Below, piece after piece: positions 46,998-49,052 of a DNA stretch of 49,052 nt (the first letter of the stretch is position 1; every line of letters starts with the position of its first letter). The stretch covers positions 1-49,052 of the forward strand of contig JAOAPL010000108.1 in assembly GCA_025462925.1 (NCBI GenBank). The letters are read 5' to 3'. The notes under the pieces are model-generated. The model saw only the letters and a program-made list of their open reading frames with translations. It did no database searches and was not told the origin of the DNA. This DNA comes from Acidobacteriaceae bacterium. Its GTDB lineage: Bacteria > Acidobacteriota > Terriglobia > Terriglobales > Acidobacteriaceae. Made by a program: the position numbers and the translations under genes.

Positions 46998-47989
46998 TCT
47001 CCACCTCTCTGCGTCGTCCGGAGCAAGCCAGCTACGCTGCTCCGTTGGCAACAGCAATTCACGTTTCGAAGATCACCCACCGCTATGGCGACCGGTTCGC
47101 GCTCAACGAAGTCTCCTTCGATGTTCCTGCGGCGGAAATCTTCGGACTACTCGGACCAAACGGCAGCGGCAAGACCTCGCTATTCAGGATCCTTTCTACG
47201 CTGATGCTGCCAAGCGGCGGCAGAGCCTCAATCATGAACTCGGATGTCGCGACAAGGTCCAACGCAGTTCGTCGCGAGATCGGAGTCGTCTTTCAGGCGC
47301 AGAGTGTGGACATCAAACTTTCTGCCGCGGAAAATCTCACCCACCAGGGACACCTATACGGACTTCGCGGCAGCGCCCTGCAATCTCGAGTGACTGAGAT
47401 GCTCAGCCGCGTGGGCCTCTCCGACCGCGCCAACGATCGCGTGGAAACTTTTTCCGGCGGAATGCAGCGCCGGGTGGAACTGGCGAAAGGTCTTCTCCAT
47501 CGGCCTTCCGTGTTGTTGCTCGACGAGCCTACTACCGGGCTCGATCCGGGTGCCCGCCGCGATCTCTGGAAATATCTCAATATCCTGCGCGACTCTGAAG
47601 GCGCCACCGTCATGGTTACAACTCACTTGATGGAAGAGGCCGAACACTGTGACCGTCTGGCAATCCTGAATGAAGGCAACCTCGTCGCGCTCGGCACTCC
47701 CGCAGAGTTGAAAGCCGAGATCGGCGGCGATGTCGTCGTCCTTGAAGCGACCGATGCTCCTTCGCTCGCAGCAGGTATCAAGACTCGTTTCGGACTGAAC
47801 GCTGTAGTTCTCGGCGACAAAGTCCGCCTGGAAATCAAGAGCGGACACCGGTTCGTTACCGATGTCGTCGAAGCCTTTCCCAGAGAGATCACTTCAGTTT
47901 CGGTCAGCAAGCCGAGCATAGAGGACGTCTTCATCGCGCGGACTGGACACCGCTTCTGGACCGACGATTCAAAAGGGGATTCGAACTGA
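46994..47989 (+). CDS. ABC transporter ATP-binding protein (DrrA/ABC-2-associated type)
   Basis: GTG overlaps the ctaB stop (GTGA). Walker A GPNGSGKTS, signature FSGGMQRR, Walker B LLLDEPTTGLD, H-loop VTTHL. C-terminal accessory domain. Confidence 0.85.
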   Translation: MISTSLRRPEQASYAAPLATAIHVSKITHRYGDRFALNEVSFDVPAAEIFGLLGPNGSGKTSLFRILSTLMLPSGGRASIMNSDVATRSNAVRREIGVVFQAQSVDIKLSAAENLTHQGHLYGLRGSALQSRVTEMLSRVGLSDRANDRVETFSGGMQRRVELAKGLLHRPSVLLLDEPTTGLDPGARRDLWKYLNILRDSEGATVMVTTHLMEEAEHCDRLAILNEGNLVALGTPAELKAEIGGDVVVLEATDAPSLAAGIKTRFGLNAVVLGDKVRLEIKSGHRFVTDVVEAFPREITSVSVSKPSIEDVFIARTGHRFWTDDSKGDSN

Positions 47990-48825
47990 TGGCGCAGATT
48001 GCAATCCCAAGGCCGACTTCTGTTGCAAATAACCAGCCCGTCAGCATCTGGCTGCCTGCCGTTTCTCTTTGGTGGCGCGAGATGGTTCGCTTCTATCGCC
48101 AGCGCAGCCGCGTAGTTGGCGTCATCCTTTCTCCGCTGGTCTTCTGGTTACTGCTTGGCGGAGGCTTTGCAAAATCATTCCGCACTGGTGCTGCGGGAGC
48201 CGAACAAAATTATCTCGAATACTTTTTTCCCGGCGCGCTGGTGATGATCGTTCTCTTCACTTCGATCTTCACCATGATGTCCGTCATTGAGGACCGCCGC
48301 GAGGGATTTCTTCTCTCGGTAATGGTCGCCCCGATTCACCGGTCTGCAATCGTGCTGGGCAAAGTCCTGGGCGGAACCACGCTCTCCACGATCCAGGGCC
48401 TGATCTTTCTGGCGCTGGCACCGGCGATCGGCGTCCGCATCGGCCTTGATCAGTTCGCGTTGGTGGTCGTGATCGTTTTTCTGACCGCATTCGCACTCAC
48501 TGCGCTTGGCTTCGCTGTCGCATGGACGCTCGATTCGGCGCAAGCATTCCACGCCATCATCAATCTTTTTCTGATTCCGCTGTGGCTGCTATCAGGCGCG
48601 CTATTCCCCGTCAGCAGTGCCACCGGATGGATACGTATCCTGATGCGCATCAACCCGCTCACCTACGGAGTCGAATCCCTGCGGGCAGTCTTGTTCCCGC
48701 AAATGGTCTCGAACGAGGATTTCGCGCTCTCTACTTCCATCGGCATACTGGCGATTTTCTCGGCGGCAGTGTTTGCTATCGCGTACATCGTCGCCAATCG
48801 CAGGAGCACGAAGCCCGCCGCGTGA
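47989..48825 (+). CDS. ABC-2 type transporter permease
   Basis: The ATG overlaps the ATPase stop (TGATG). 278 aa with 6 predicted TM helices and an ABC-2-like layout. Confidence 0.8.
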   Translation: MAQIAIPRPTSVANNQPVSIWLPAVSLWWREMVRFYRQRSRVVGVILSPLVFWLLLGGGFAKSFRTGAAGAEQNYLEYFFPGALVMIVLFTSIFTMMSVIEDRREGFLLSVMVAPIHRSAIVLGKVLGGTTLSTIQGLIFLALAPAIGVRIGLDQFALVVVIVFLTAFALTALGFAVAWTLDSAQAFHAIINLFLIPLWLLSGALFPVSSATGWIRILMRINPLTYGVESLRAVLFPQMVSNEDFALSTSIGILAIFSAAVFAIAYIVANRRSTKPAA

Positions 48826-49052
48826 CCACCCTCCCCTCCGCAAGATAGCCAGAATCAAAGGTTTAGAAAATTTTCGGCTGCAAGTTCGTCATTGCAATGC
48901 ACTTTCGTGCAAAATATTCCTGCGAAAGAACTTACCTCTGTTAACCAATTCATATATACCCCACCCCTCCCCTGTGTAGGGCGTCGAATTAGCGGAATCA
49001 GTTGTTTAGGGACTGGATACCACCCCCCCAGCTGATGAAGACAAGCTGGTTA

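Noticed and set aside
47972-47990. GTTCGAATCC-like T-loop motif on the minus strand, suggesting a tRNA
   Set aside because: The flanking bases cannot form a T-arm (ATCAG versus CCCCT). No acceptor, D or anticodon arms are present. The site lies inside the ABC ATPase coding sequence.
48982-48989. ATTCGACG on the minus strand, reminiscent of the tmRNA 5' region (GGATTCGACGGG)
   Set aside because: The spacing to the nearest G-run is about 35 nt rather than about 12. No tRNA-like acceptor pairing or tag reading frame is visible within the window.

Overview
This is a 49-kb, gene-dense, moderately GC-rich bacterial chromosome segment with about 43 protein-coding genes on both strands. Gene content suggests a Gram-negative soil bacterium, possibly Acidobacteriota-like: many envelope genes, MacB-type permeases, a giant multi-PAS kinase, GHL10 and a BshB1-like gene. 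Taxonomy cannot be verified without a database search.

I saw no rRNA, tRNA, CRISPR array, transposase, integrase or phage genes, and nothing that looks like a defence or accessory island. All calls come from motifs read in the supplied translations and from DNA context (Shine-Dalgarno (SD) sites, start/stop overlaps, hairpins). No searches were run.

Contents, in order:
- ribE (5' end cut by the window edge), an orphan MlaF-like ATPase, mobA, and a 2TM/RCK K+ channel.
- An envelope block: BON lipoprotein, fused LptF-LptG, an MsbA-like exporter, a SAM methyltransferase and a geranylgeranyl-reductase-like flavoprotein.
- A bactofilin-methyltransferase pair, a CpsB-type phosphatase, and a 1479-aa soluble 7xPAS+GAF hybrid histidine kinase.
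- HtrA, an EamA transporter, secreted amidohydrolase and M20 peptidase genes, and a truA-aldehyde dehydrogenase (ALDH)-thioesterase-DRE-TIM lyase string.
- An orphan TolC, an orphan nuoB with a degenerate receiver gene, a Zn-ADH, GHL10, a BshB1-like gene and two MacB-type permeases.
- A 2-hydroxyacid dehydrogenase, a GAF protein, a TPR membrane protein, HAD, SLT, a flippase-like protein, nrdR and NAD-IDH.
- A translationally coupled string: cupredoxin lipoprotein, ctaA, ctaB, ABC ATPase, ABC-2 permease.

The best candidates for undescribed biology, all hypotheses:
1. The haem A synthesis genes hard-wired to an ABC-2 exporter and a type-1-copper lipoprotein.
2. The methyltransferase + GGR-like flavoprotein pair appended to the LptFG/MsbA lipid-export genes.
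3. The single-polypeptide LptF-LptG fusion.
4. The bactofilin-methyltransferase operon.
5. A 136-nt out-of-frame overlap (or non-canonical start) at the ALDH/thioesterase junction.
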